From assembly GCA_905233585.1 (NCBI GenBank), contig CAJOFD010000004.1, forward strand, positions 14,374-78,373: a stretch of 64,000 nucleotides of DNA, written 5' to 3'. The position numbers and the translations under genes were made by a program. The DNA is from an uncultured Bacteroidales bacterium. GTDB taxonomy: Bacteria > Bacteroidota > Bacteroidia > Bacteroidales > WCHB1-69. Under the pieces are notes generated by a model. It saw only the letters and a list, made by a program, of their open reading frames with translations, ran no database searches and had not been told where the DNA came from. Below are positions 36,569 through 46,079 of this stretch, one piece after another (positions within the stretch are counted from its first letter, which is position 1; every line of letters starts with the position of its first letter).

Positions 36569-38660
36569 TTTGATAATAATTTTTTCTTTGTGATTTCAAA
36601 CACTCTATTTGTAGTTTCAGCAGTTGATTTTTTTCTTTTTCCAAATTAGGGTCATCATTCAAGATATTTTTGGCTATATCTCTTGCAGCTGATATAATTC
36701 TTTCATCTTCAATAAGATTAAGCAATTTGAAATGCAGTATTCCGCTTTGTTGGGTTCCAGATAAATCGCCGGGACCTCTCAACTTTAAATCAACATCTGC
36801 AATTTCAAAACCATTGTTGGTGTTCACCATAGCCTCCATTCGTTTGCGGGCATCGTTGCTAAGTTGATAATCGGTAATTAAAACGCAATACGATTGTTCA
36901 CTTCCCCTACCTACACGCCCTCGCAATTGATGGAGTTGAGACAACCCAAACCTTTCAGCATTGACAATCACCATCACTGACGCATTGGGAACGTCAATGC
37001 CCACTTCTATAACCGTAGTGGCTAAAAGAATATGGGTTTCTCCTTGTTTGAATTTCAGCATTTGAACGTCTTTTTCTTCGGCAGACATTTTGCCATGTAC
37101 ATAACTGACACGATATTTAGGCTCTGGATAGGTCTGTTTAAATTCTTCGTATCCGTCGAGCAAATTACTCAATGTCAATTTTTCTGATTCCTCTATCAAA
37201 GGGTAAACAACAAATACTTGTCGTCCTTTGTCTATTTCCGCTCTTAAAAATTGATTGATTTTAGCACTATCTTTTTTATAGAAATGTATTGTTTTTACAG
37301 GTTTTCTGCCTACGGGCAATTCATCGATAACCGATAAATCAAGGTCGCCATATACTGTCATGGCTAAGGTACGTGGTATTGGAGTAGCGGTCATTACCAA
37401 AACATGGGGTGCAATCAGGCTTTTTTTCCACAATTTGGCTCTTTGTTCCACTCCAAAACGATGTTGCTCATCAATAATAGCCAATCCCAATTTTTGGAAA
37501 ACAACGGTGTCTTCGCATAGGGCATGAGTGCCGATCAGAATTTGAATGTTGCCATTGGCTGTTTGGGGCAACAAGTCTTTTCTTTCTGCCATTTTGGTGG
37601 AACCCGTTAGCAACCTGACTGCAATAGGCATATCTGCCAATAATTTTTGAATGGTATTGTAGTGTTGTTGTGCCAGAATTTCGGTAGGAGCCATCAAACA
37701 ACATTGAAAACCATTGTCTATAGCCAATAGCATAACCAATAGTGCCGTAATGGTTTTGCCGCTACCGACATCGCCCTGCAACAAGCGGTTCATTTGTTTG
37801 CCCGTGAGAAAATCTGCACGTATTTCTTTGATTACGCGTTTTTGGGCGTTGGTGAGCGGAAAGGGCAGATGTTGGTGGTAAAAGGTATTGAACAATGTGC
37901 CAACCTTGGAAATAAGATAACCTTTGTTTTTAGAATTGTGATTATATATTTGTAACAGAAATATTTGCATAAAGAATATTTCTTCAAATTTTAATCGGCG
38001 AGTGGCTTGTTTTATATCTTCTGCATTGTGTGGAAAATGTATTTGTTTGATAGCATTCTGTTTGTCAATTAGTTGTAACTTTTCTCTAATATAGTCGGGC
38101 AATGTTTCTTGTACCTCATTTATGTGATTGTCTATTAGTGTTTTGCATAGTTTTTCAATGCCGCGACTATCCAAGCCGTTTTTTTTGCATTTATCGGTAG
38201 AATTATACATAGGCATAAAAGGGATTTGATTCCATGTATAACTTTTTTCCTCCAAAGTAATTTCAGGGTGCGACATATTTATTTGCATATTAAACAAGGT
38301 CGGTTTGCCAAAAACGATATAGACCTTGTCTGTTTCTATCATGGTTTGGAAATATTTGATATTGTTAAACCATACCAATAATATCGTACCAGTATTGTCT
38401 GCCAATTCGCAAACCAAGCGTTTGCTTCTGTTTTCGCCTAAAATTTGTTTGCTGATAATTTTGCCTTTGCATTGAACATAAATATTTGTATGTGTGTGCA
38501 ATTCGCCAATGCAATAGAATTTGGATTTGTCTATATAACGATAGGGATAATAATTTAAAAGGTCATTAAGGGTGAAAATATCAAGTTCCGTATTAAAGAC
38601 TTCAGATTTTTTTTCACCGACACCTTTCAGATAAACAATGGGTTGGTCCAAATAATTCAT
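36561..38660 (-). CDS. recG: ATP-dependent DNA helicase RecG
   Basis: Wedge domain, Walker A GDVGSGKT, DEQHRFGV, MTATPIPRT, QLHQLRGRVGRG, and a TRG-type C-terminus. It overlaps dusB by 8 nt. Confidence 0.95.
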   Translation of the reverse strand: MNYLDQPIVYLKGVGEKKSEVFNTELDIFTLNDLLNYYPYRYIDKSKFYCIGELHTHTNIYVQCKGKIISKQILGENRSKRLVCELADNTGTILLVWFNNIKYFQTMIETDKVYIVFGKPTLFNMQINMSHPEITLEEKSYTWNQIPFMPMYNSTDKCKKNGLDSRGIEKLCKTLIDNHINEVQETLPDYIREKLQLIDKQNAIKQIHFPHNAEDIKQATRRLKFEEIFFMQIFLLQIYNHNSKNKGYLISKVGTLFNTFYHQHLPFPLTNAQKRVIKEIRADFLTGKQMNRLLQGDVGSGKTITALLVMLLAIDNGFQCCLMAPTEILAQQHYNTIQKLLADMPIAVRLLTGSTKMAERKDLLPQTANGNIQILIGTHALCEDTVVFQKLGLAIIDEQHRFGVEQRAKLWKKSLIAPHVLVMTATPIPRTLAMTVYGDLDLSVIDELPVGRKPVKTIHFYKKDSAKINQFLRAEIDKGRQVFVVYPLIEESEKLTLSNLLDGYEEFKQTYPEPKYRVSYVHGKMSAEEKDVQMLKFKQGETHILLATTVIEVGIDVPNASVMVIVNAERFGLSQLHQLRGRVGRGSEQSYCVLITDYQLSNDARKRMEAMVNTNNGFEIADVDLKLRGPGDLSGTQQSGILHFKLLNLIEDERIISAARDIAKNILNDDPNLEKEKNQLLKLQIECLKSQRKNYYQIG

Positions 38661-38844
38661 ATCTGTTATATAAACGTAAAATACAATGCAAAATTATAAA
38701 AAAGATGCTAAAGTTTTTGTTCAAGGGGACATAAAAATATATATTCAATTTGGAAAGTTATAAAATTTAGGAGAAAACATATCACCGCCCTACAGCGGTG
38801 ATATTAGGAAAAATGCTACATTTTCGGTCTCTAAAAAAATGAAT

Positions 38845-38975
38845 ATGGCACATTTAAATACACAAATTATAGAATGCAAAGAGCAGGAAAAACACAGACA
38901 GAAATAGCCTTAACTATAGGCACTTCACAGGCTACCGTTAGTCCCGAGGCTGAATATTATGTCATGAATATGTAA
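38845..38975 (+). pseudogene. N-terminal remnant of an IS30-family transposase (HTH region), frameshifted and truncated
   Basis: MAHLNTQIIE..., then in the next frame MQRAGKTQTEIALTIGTSQATVSPE. This matches the IS30-family N-terminus (MxHLTxEQRxxIExxxxxGxSxxxIAxxxGxSxSTxSRE). No catalytic DDE region follows. Confidence 0.55.
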
Positions 38976-39009
38976 AAAAATACAAGGATAAAAAATCCTT
39001 GTATTTTTT
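38974..39009. terminator. Bidirectional rho-independent terminator (serves trxB on the minus strand)
   Basis: AAAAAAA-ATACAAGGAT-aaaaa-ATCCTTGTAT-TTTTT. Confidence 0.8.
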
Positions 39010-39030
39010 GTATGTTATAAAAGAGGTCTT

Positions 39031-39975
39031 CTATTCTTGTTCCAACAAAAAATGTTCGGCATCAATAGCGGCTTTGCAACCGCCGGCAGCTGCCGTAATG
39101 GCTTGTTTGTAGGTTTTGTCTTGCACATCACCTGCGGCAAACACACCTTTTATGTTCGTGCAAGCACTGCCGTTATAGGTAATAATGTAGCCCATTTCGT
39201 CTAATTCCAGTTGCCCTTTGAAAATTTCGGTGTTAGGGTGGTGTCCTATGGCAATAAAAATACCGTCCACATCAAGGGTAGATGTTTGGTTGTCTATGAT
39301 GTTTTTTAACAATATGCCTGTGACACTTTTGCTGAATTTGGATTCTTGTCCTAATATTTCTATAGGAATGCTGTTCCAAATCAGTTCAATATTAGGGGTG
39401 TTAAAAATACGTTGTTGCATGGCTTTGCTTGCTCTGAGCTCTCCTCTGCGGTGTATAAGATATACTTTTTGACACAATTTTGCCAAATAGGTGGCTTCTT
39501 CTGCGGCAGTATCTCCTCCGCCAACAACGGCAACCGTTTTGTTTTTGTAGAAAAATCCGTCACAGGTGGCACAAGCAGAAACACCGTAGCCATTGAATTT
39601 TTGTTCTGATTCCAATCCCAACCATTTGGCTGATGCTCCCGTTGCCACAATCACTGTTTCTGCTATAATAGTAGTGCCGTCGTCGGCTATGCAAGTGAAT
39701 GGTCTGTGGCTGAAATCCACTTTTACAATTTCGCCTTGTCGTATATCTGTTCCAAATTTTAGGGCTTGTTCTCTAATTTCGTCCATCATGGCAATGCCAT
39801 GTATGCCTTTGGGGTAACCGGGAAAATTTTCCACTTCGGTAGTAATTGTCAATTGTCCACCCACTTGCATACCTTCATATAAAATAGGTTTCAGGTCGGC
39901 TCTTGAAGCATATATTCCAGCCGTATAACCTGCAGGTCCCGAACCTATTATCAAACATTTTGTGTTGCTTTCCAT
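39031..39975 (-). CDS. trxB: Thioredoxin-disulfide reductase
   Basis: IIGSGPAGYTA, redox CATCDG, VVGGGDTAAEEA, GVFAAGDV. Confidence 0.95.
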   Translation of the reverse strand: MESNTKCLIIGSGPAGYTAGIYASRADLKPILYEGMQVGGQLTITTEVENFPGYPKGIHGIAMMDEIREQALKFGTDIRQGEIVKVDFSHRPFTCIADDGTTIIAETVIVATGASAKWLGLESEQKFNGYGVSACATCDGFFYKNKTVAVVGGGDTAAEEATYLAKLCQKVYLIHRRGELRASKAMQQRIFNTPNIELIWNSIPIEILGQESKFSKSVTGILLKNIIDNQTSTLDVDGIFIAIGHHPNTEIFKGQLELDEMGYIITYNGSACTNIKGVFAAGDVQDKTYKQAITAAAGGCKAAIDAEHFLLEQE

Positions 39976-39979
39976 TTTT

Positions 39980-40726
39980 TTATTTGGTTTGTTCTTGATT
40001 ATCTTGTTTTAGGGGATGTTCAGTTTGTAGTTTTTCCTCTTGTTTTTGAGGTTTGTTTTGTTGTTTTGCTTGTTTTTGTTGTTGGTTTTGTTGATTATTG
40101 ACAGTATCCTTTTTCTTTTTCTTTTTTTTCTTTCCATTATTATTTGTATTGACTTGAAGTTTGGTATTGACTTCTGTCAATATTTTCTTGGAACTCGGAA
40201 AAACAAAATCAGGGGATAATTGCAGCTTGTTGTCAGACAAAACTGCCAAATGTTCGCGTATCAACTCATCGTTTACAGAATCTCTATTCCAAATCAGATA
40301 TTGTCTTTTCAGGTGTCTGGCCATATCTTTCACCACTTCTGTTTTTTCGGGACAATCTTCCGTTTCTGCTACAGAATGAATGGCATTTTCCATTAAATTT
40401 CCGTATGGTCTGAATTTTATATTATGCTTTTGATAGCCAATATGTTGAGGCTTTTCTTCCGCAACAGGTTTGGACGGTTTGGGGTATGGGCTGTCAATAT
40501 CAAGTCTAAAGTCTGAAATTACAAAAAGCAAATCCCAAAGTTTGTGCCAAAAATCATCAGAATCTTTAGGACCTTGGGTCATAAATGCCATGGTTTTTAC
40601 AATGACTTTGGCTTGTTCATTCCGCAATTGCCGACTTTTGATATTGATAGTATATTCTATCATTTTTTGAATATGGCGACCGAATTCGCCATTTATTAAT
40701 TTAGATTGTTGTGTATTATATTCCAT
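39980..40726 (-). CDS. DUF4290-family protein with Lys/Gln-rich C-terminal tail
   Basis: MEYNTQQSKLINGEFGRHIQKMIEY...DFWHKLWDLLFVISDFRLDIDSPYP matches the DUF4290 pattern as I recall it. The tail reads GKKKKKKKKD...QQNQQQKQAKQQNKPQKQ. Confidence 0.7.
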   Translation of the reverse strand: MEYNTQQSKLINGEFGRHIQKMIEYTINIKSRQLRNEQAKVIVKTMAFMTQGPKDSDDFWHKLWDLLFVISDFRLDIDSPYPKPSKPVAEEKPQHIGYQKHNIKFRPYGNLMENAIHSVAETEDCPEKTEVVKDMARHLKRQYLIWNRDSVNDELIREHLAVLSDNKLQLSPDFVFPSSKKILTEVNTKLQVNTNNNGKKKKKKKKDTVNNQQNQQQKQAKQQNKPQKQEEKLQTEHPLKQDNQEQTK

Positions 40727-40880
40727 AAAAATCTGCAAATATTCCGTTTCCAGCGGTATTTTTTATCTTTTTATTTCTATCAAGAAAACTTATTTTGCCT
40801 GTTTGTTTGGTTTTAAATAATTGTATAACAAATGTTTACAATAAATTTTTCAAAAATAATTGTTTTAATCTATAAAAAAC

Positions 40881-40901
40881 ATAACTTTGCAGCAAAGTTA
40901 T
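40881..40901. promoter_or_regulatory. Perfect palindrome ATAACTTTGC-A-GCAAAGTTAT carrying a TAACTTTG -7 box on both strands
   Basis: It lies in the divergent intergenic region between the DUF4290 gene (minus) and the carboxynorspermidine dehydrogenase gene (plus, ATG 14 nt downstream). Confidence 0.5.
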
Positions 40902-40914
40902 AAAAAAAATCAAT

Positions 40915-42114
40915 ATGGGAAAAGTATTAATTATTGGTGCCGGTGGCGTAGGTGCGGTAGTTGCTTTTAAATGTGCAATGTTACCCGAAGTTTTTGAAGA
41001 AATTATGTTGGCAAGCAGAACCAAATCCAAATGTGATAAAATTGCTGCCGCTATAGGTAATAATCGTATAAAAACTGCACAAGTTGATGCGGACAATGTT
41101 GAAGAAACTGTTGCTTTAATAAATAGTTTTAAGCCTGATTTGCTTATCAATGTGGCTTTGCCTTATCAAGATTTAACTTTAATGGAAGCCTGTTTGAGAA
41201 CCCAAACAAACTATTTGGATACGGCAAACTATGAACCGAGAGATGTTGCTAAATTTGAATATAGTTGGCAGTGGGCATACAAAAAACGTTTTGAAGATGC
41301 GGGCATTTTAGCGGTATTGGGTTGTGGTTTTGACCCGGGCGTAACAGGGGTTTATACGGCATACGCTGCAAAACATTATTTCGATGAAATTCACTATTTG
41401 GATATTGTAGATTGTAATGCAGGCGACCATGGTAAGGCTTTTGCCACCAATTTTAATCCCGAAATCAATATTAGAGAGATTACACAAAAAGGACGCTATT
41501 ATCAAGATGGGCAATGGGTGGAAACTCAACCGATGGAAATTCACAAATCGGTGGAATATCCAAATATCGGGAAAAGAGAATCCTATCTTTTGTATCATGA
41601 AGAATTGGAGTCTTTGACAAAAAATTATCCGACAATCAAAAGAGCAAGATTTTGGATGACCTTTGGTGAAAAATATCTCAATGTGCTGAATGTTTTGCAA
41701 GAAATAGGCATGACAAGCATTAAACCTATATTATATGAAGGTAAGGAAATAGTTCCTTTGCAATTTCTTAAAGCCGTTTTGCCTGAACCTTCATCTTTAG
41801 GGGTTGGTTACAAAGGGCAAACTTCTATTGGTTGTCAAATAAAGGGTATAAAAGACGGCAATGAACGCACCTATTATGTTTGGAACAATTGCGACCATGC
41901 CGAAGTGTACAAAGAATGTGGGGCTCAAGCCGTTTCTTATACAACAGGTGTGCCTGCAATGATTGGGGCAATGATGGTTTTAACCAAACAATGGACAGGT
42001 GTTGGGGTTAAAAATGTTGAAGAGTTTAATCCAGACCCATTTATGGAAAAACTAAACCAATATGGTTTGCCGTGGAATGAACAAATTGACAAAATTTTAC
42101 CGATAGAACAATAA
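40915..42114 (+). CDS. Carboxynorspermidine/carboxyspermidine dehydrogenase (saccharopine dehydrogenase family)
   Basis: MGKVLIIGAGGVGAVVA Rossmann start, YLDTANYEP, GCGFDPGVT. The ~400-aa length is typical of CASDH. Confidence 0.8.
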   Translation: MGKVLIIGAGGVGAVVAFKCAMLPEVFEEIMLASRTKSKCDKIAAAIGNNRIKTAQVDADNVEETVALINSFKPDLLINVALPYQDLTLMEACLRTQTNYLDTANYEPRDVAKFEYSWQWAYKKRFEDAGILAVLGCGFDPGVTGVYTAYAAKHYFDEIHYLDIVDCNAGDHGKAFATNFNPEINIREITQKGRYYQDGQWVETQPMEIHKSVEYPNIGKRESYLLYHEELESLTKNYPTIKRARFWMTFGEKYLNVLNVLQEIGMTSIKPILYEGKEIVPLQFLKAVLPEPSSLGVGYKGQTSIGCQIKGIKDGNERTYYVWNNCDHAEVYKECGAQAVSYTTGVPAMIGAMMVLTKQWTGVGVKNVEEFNPDPFMEKLNQYGLPWNEQIDKILPIEQ

Positions 42115-42124
42115 AAAGAAGGAA

Positions 42125-42155
42125 AAAACGTTAGTATTTCGCTAACGTTTTTTTT
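42125..42155 (+). terminator. Rho-independent terminator
   Basis: AAAACGTTAG-(7 nt)-CTAACGTTTT followed by a T-run. Confidence 0.8.
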
Positions 42156-42162
42156 GTTTTTT

Positions 42163-42801
42163 ATGTTACTAAAAAAAATATATTTCATTTTATTGTTGGG
42201 TATTTTACCAACAATGGCGGTTTTTGCACAAACCGATGATGTTGATGTGTCTTATTTTAAATCCAATCAGAATAGGGATATTACCCAACAAGCGACAGAA
42301 TTGCGGCAAGACAGGGCTGTGAATAGTTTTCTTTCCAAAATGACAGTTGGGGGGACACTGGGTTTTAATTTTAATAGATATAATACCAATATAGAAATAT
42401 CTCCTGAAATTGCCTATCATTTCAACGATTGGGTATGTGTAGGTGTAGGGGCTACGTATATGTTTTCTCGTTACAACAATAAATCAAGTTTTGAAGAGCC
42501 AATTAATTCGCATGTTGGAGGGGCCAGGGCTTTTGTCGAAGGGCATTTGTTTAATTATGTAGCATTACATGTAGAATACAGATGGTTGAATTATGATTTA
42601 TATACCTATAATATACATAATTCACTAGAAAAAAGTCGCACCAATTCTCATAATATATTACTGGGAGGAGGTTTCTATCGCAAAATAGACCGATTTGCTG
42701 TTTATTTCCAAATATTTTATAATATTAGCAACAAACCTCGTAATGAAAATAGATTAGACGATGTTGTTTATAAAGCAGGTTTTTGCTTTTTCCTAAGATA
42801 A
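42163..42801 (+). CDS. Putative outer-membrane beta-barrel protein, function unknown
   Basis: Signal peptide MLLKKIYFILLLGILPTMAVFAQ. Alternating hydrophobic strands. C-terminal aromatic-rich YKAGFCFFLR. Confidence 0.5.
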   Translation: MLLKKIYFILLLGILPTMAVFAQTDDVDVSYFKSNQNRDITQQATELRQDRAVNSFLSKMTVGGTLGFNFNRYNTNIEISPEIAYHFNDWVCVGVGATYMFSRYNNKSSFEEPINSHVGGARAFVEGHLFNYVALHVEYRWLNYDLYTYNIHNSLEKSRTNSHNILLGGGFYRKIDRFAVYFQIFYNISNKPRNENRLDDVVYKAGFCFFLR

Positions 42802-42807
42802 AATATA

Positions 42808-44028
42808 GTGAATCTAAGTTTTTATTTTGCCAAACGATTATTACATAAAGACAAATGGACATTGTCGGCTACTATTGCAAAAATTGCCATTGTCGGTGTT
42901 AGTTTGGGCGTAATTGTATTGATACTTTCATTTGCTATTACAACGGGCTTCCGTCAAGAAATTCAAAACAAGGTTGTGGGTTTTGGTTCTCATATCAATA
43001 TTGTACATTATGATAACAACAATTCTTACCAACAAATGCCTATAGAGGCTGATGAATCTGTAAAAACAGCCATTGCCGCTTTGCCTAATGTAAAAAACAT
43101 ACAAGCATTTTCCACTATCGCGGGTATTGTTCGTGGAACTGAAGATATTGAAGGTCTTGTTTTCAAGGGTGTTGGAACAGATTATGATACCACATTTTTC
43201 GCTAAAAATATTGTTCGTGGGCGATTTTTGTCTGTGAATGATTCTTCATTTAGCAACGAAATTTTAATTTCGGAAACATTGTCCCGAAAATTGCAAATAG
43301 ACATAGGAGATAAAATAGAGGCTTTTTTTATTCAAAATACCTTAAGACAACGCAAATTTACTATTGTCGGCATTTATAATACGGGTTTGGTCAATTATGA
43401 TGAAACGTATTTGGTGTGTGATATAAATCAAGTACAAAAGTTGCACAATTGGACTGCTAATAAAATAGAAGGCTGGGAAGTGCTTATCAATGATTTTGAT
43501 GAATTGGAGAATACAGCGGCTGTTGTCAATAAACTCGTCAATTTTGATATGCAGGTGCTTACGGTTAAAGAAATATCACCAATGATATTTGATTGGATAG
43601 ATTTGGTTAATCAAAATGTGTTCATACTTATCATTCTTATTGTTGTAATAACATCAATTTCGTTGATTTCAACACAATTAACGTTTATTTTGGAGAATAT
43701 TGCAACTATTGGTATTATGAAAACAATGGGTTGCCCAACAAAAACAATCGCCAATATTTTCTTGTATATTTCAACAAACATTCTCTTGAAAGGTTTGCTG
43801 GTGGGCAATATTGTTGGTTTGTTGTTTTGTTTTGTACAACAACACTTTCATCTGATAAAACTTAATCCAATGTATTATTATATGTCTTACGTGCCTATAC
43901 AAGTAGAGGTCGGACATATTTTTCTTATCAATGTTGGTGTGTTTATTATCAGTTTGTTGGCATTGGTTCTGCCTGCTTATTGGGTTGCGCAAAGAATAAG
44001 TGCAATCAAAGCGGTAGCAATGAAATAG
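42808..44028 (+). CDS. FtsX-like ABC permease, LolC/LolE family
   Basis: GTG start. Four TM segments with a large periplasmic MacB-like domain between TM1 and TM2. C-terminal FtsX motif IGIMKTMG, and the protein ends in the RISAIKAVAMK context. Confidence 0.85.
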   Translation: MNLSFYFAKRLLHKDKWTLSATIAKIAIVGVSLGVIVLILSFAITTGFRQEIQNKVVGFGSHINIVHYDNNNSYQQMPIEADESVKTAIAALPNVKNIQAFSTIAGIVRGTEDIEGLVFKGVGTDYDTTFFAKNIVRGRFLSVNDSSFSNEILISETLSRKLQIDIGDKIEAFFIQNTLRQRKFTIVGIYNTGLVNYDETYLVCDINQVQKLHNWTANKIEGWEVLINDFDELENTAAVVNKLVNFDMQVLTVKEISPMIFDWIDLVNQNVFILIILIVVITSISLISTQLTFILENIATIGIMKTMGCPTKTIANIFLYISTNILLKGLLVGNIVGLLFCFVQQHFHLIKLNPMYYYMSYVPIQVEVGHIFLINVGVFIISLLALVLPAYWVAQRISAIKAVAMK

Positions 44029-44034
44029 CCTTGT

Positions 44035-45333
44035 TTATACTATATCACCAAACAATGTAGCGGCACTACAAGAAGTGATTTTGACTTGTACATAGTCGCC
44101 TTTTTGTAGATTACCCTTTGGGAATATCACCACTTTGTTTTGGCTATTGCGTCCAAAAAGATGTACTTGACTGCGTTTTGATGTTCCTTCAATAAGTACT
44201 TCAAAAGTTTTGCCGATGTCTTTTTGGTTGCTTTGTAAGGATAGTTGTTGTTGCAAGGTGATAATTTCTTCCAAACGTCTTGTTTTAATGTTCTCAGCAA
44301 TATTGTCAATTAAATGTTTATGGGCATAAGTGCCTTCACGCATAGAATACTTAAACATAAAAGCATATTCATAACCGACTTCTTGCATAAGAGAAAGCGT
44401 TTCTTTGTGTTCTTCTTCTGTTTCTCCGCAAAAACCGGCGATAATATCTGTGCTGATAGCACAATCCGGTATATGTTTGCGAATGCTCTCAACTCTGTCC
44501 AAATACCATTCTCTGGTATATTTTCGATTCATTCTTTTTAAATTAGTACTGCTACCTGATTGGGCTGGCAGGTGAATACTTTTGCAAATATTGTTGTATT
44601 TTGTCATCACTTGTAGCAGTTCATCTGACAAATCTTTAGGGTGAGAAGTGGCAAATCGTACCCGTAATAGTGGATTTATTTCTGCTACCTTTTGTATAAG
44701 ATATGCAAAATTTTTTCCTTCGAAGTTATATGAATTAACATTTTGTCCTAACAAGGTAACTTCTCTATATCCTTTTTGGAACAAATCTCTTATTTCATCA
44801 AGAATAGATGTTATATTTCTACTGCGTTCTCTACCACGTGTGTAAGGAACAACGCAATATGAGCAAAAGTTGTTACAGCCTCGCATAATGGAAACAAATG
44901 CTGATATGCCATTGCTGTCGTAGCGAATAGGGGAAATGTTTTCATAGGTTTCTACTTCTGACAAAATTACATTGACATTGGGGGTGTGATTTCGTAACAT
45001 GTCAGGTAAATTTCTATAAGCGTCAGGGCCTACCACCAAATCCACTTTCATTGTATTAAGCAATTCCTCTTGTAATCGTTCTGCCATACAACCAATTAGC
45101 CCGACTTTAAGATTTTTGTTTGACTTTTTTAATCCGATAAGTTCTTTCATCCGATTAAAGACGCGTTGTTCGGCATTGTCTCGAATAGAACAGGTATTCA
45201 CTAAAATTAAGTCGGCTTCTTTTTCTTGGCTTGTTATTTCAAAATCATCGGAAAGAATCGAGGCGACAATTTCACTATCGGCAAAATTCATTTGACAACC
45301 GTAGGTTTCTATATATAATTTTTGCTTATTCAC
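44035..45333 (-). CDS. miaB: tRNA (N6-isopentenyl-A37) methylthiotransferase
   Basis: YIETYGCQMN, radical-SAM CNNFCSYCVVP, and a C-terminal TRAM domain. Confidence 0.95.
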   Translation of the reverse strand: MNKQKLYIETYGCQMNFADSEIVASILSDDFEITSQEKEADLILVNTCSIRDNAEQRVFNRMKELIGLKKSNKNLKVGLIGCMAERLQEELLNTMKVDLVVGPDAYRNLPDMLRNHTPNVNVILSEVETYENISPIRYDSNGISAFVSIMRGCNNFCSYCVVPYTRGRERSRNITSILDEIRDLFQKGYREVTLLGQNVNSYNFEGKNFAYLIQKVAEINPLLRVRFATSHPKDLSDELLQVMTKYNNICKSIHLPAQSGSSTNLKRMNRKYTREWYLDRVESIRKHIPDCAISTDIIAGFCGETEEEHKETLSLMQEVGYEYAFMFKYSMREGTYAHKHLIDNIAENIKTRRLEEIITLQQQLSLQSNQKDIGKTFEVLIEGTSKRSQVHLFGRNSQNKVVIFPKGNLQKGDYVQVKITSCSAATLFGDIV

Positions 45334-45581
45334 TATACATTTATATTAATTATTGAATTGTGCAAAGGTATCATTTTCTTCTGTATGTTCTAATAAAAAC
45401 TGAAAAATACATTACGGAATCAGGAAATTTTATGTGTAAAAATCAAAAATGCTTATATATTATAGTATCAAATGCCCTTAAAATGTTTTCGTTTGCATAT
45501 TTTATTGTATTGAGAATCAAAATTATTTACATTTTTTGTTAAAAAAAATAAAAAAATGTGGTTTGATTGAAAAAAAAGTTG

Positions 45582-45589
45582 TACATTTG
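45582..45589 (+). promoter_or_regulatory. Bacteroidota -7 box TACATTTG (tRNA-tuf cluster promoter)
   Basis: TAnnTTTG 36 nt upstream of the first tRNA. Confidence 0.5.
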
Positions 45590-45624
45590 CATTCCACTTT
45601 GAAGATGCATTTCGCAAGGTGAAT

Positions 45625-45698
45625 GCCACTGTAGCTCAGTTGGCCAGAGCAGCTGATTTGTAATCAGCGGGTCGGGGGTTCGAATCCCTCTAGTGGCT
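45625..45698 (+). tRNA. tRNA-Thr (anticodon TGT)
   Basis: GCCACTGTAGCTCAGTTGGCCAGAGCAGCTGATTTGTAATCAGCGGGTCGGGGGTTCGAATCCCTCTAGTGGCT. Anticodon loop TTTGTAA. Confidence 0.9.
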
Positions 45699-45721
45699 CA
45701 GTTCTTTGTTTTTTGTTGAAT

Positions 45722-45803
45722 GGGGGGATACCAGAGCGGTCAAATGGGGCAGACTGTAAATCTGTTGGCGCAGCCTTCGGAGGTTCGAATCCTCCTCCCC
45801 CCA
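45722..45803 (+). tRNA. tRNA-Tyr (anticodon GTA)
   Basis: GGGGGGATACCAGAGCGGTCAAATGG..CAGACTGTAAATCTG plus a long variable arm, then GGAGGTTCGAATCCTCCTCCCCCCA. Confidence 0.9.
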
Positions 45804-45866
45804 CGATAATAAAGAAATGGAACGGCAATAAAAGTATATTTTTGTTGCGGTTTTTTCTTATTGTTT

Positions 45867-45939
45867 GCGGAAGTAGCTCATTTGGTAGAGCGAAAGCCTT
45901 CCAAGCTTTAGGTGGCGGGTTCGAGCCCCGTCTTCCGCT
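45867..45939 (+). tRNA. tRNA-Gly (anticodon TCC)
   Basis: GCGGAAGTAGCTCATTTGGTAGAGCGAAAGCCTTCCAAGCTTTAGGTGGCGGGTTCGAGCCCCGTCTTCCGCT. Confidence 0.9.
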
Positions 45940-45948
45940 CAGGCAAAA

Positions 45949-46020
<72 letters not shown>

Positions 46021-46079
46021 CATGACATTAAATAAATGTGAATTAAAAGTATAATTATAACCTTAAAATTTTAAGAAAA

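Noticed and set aside
40836-41150. A 104-aa minus-strand ORF overlaps the start of the carboxynorspermidine dehydrogenase gene.
   Set aside because: It is antisense to a well-supported gene and crosses the promoter palindrome. It has no motifs.
45360-45542. A 60-aa ORF lies in the miaB-tRNA spacer.
   Set aside because: It begins on the miaB promoter region and is AT-rich and low-complexity, with no motif or plausible promoter of its own.
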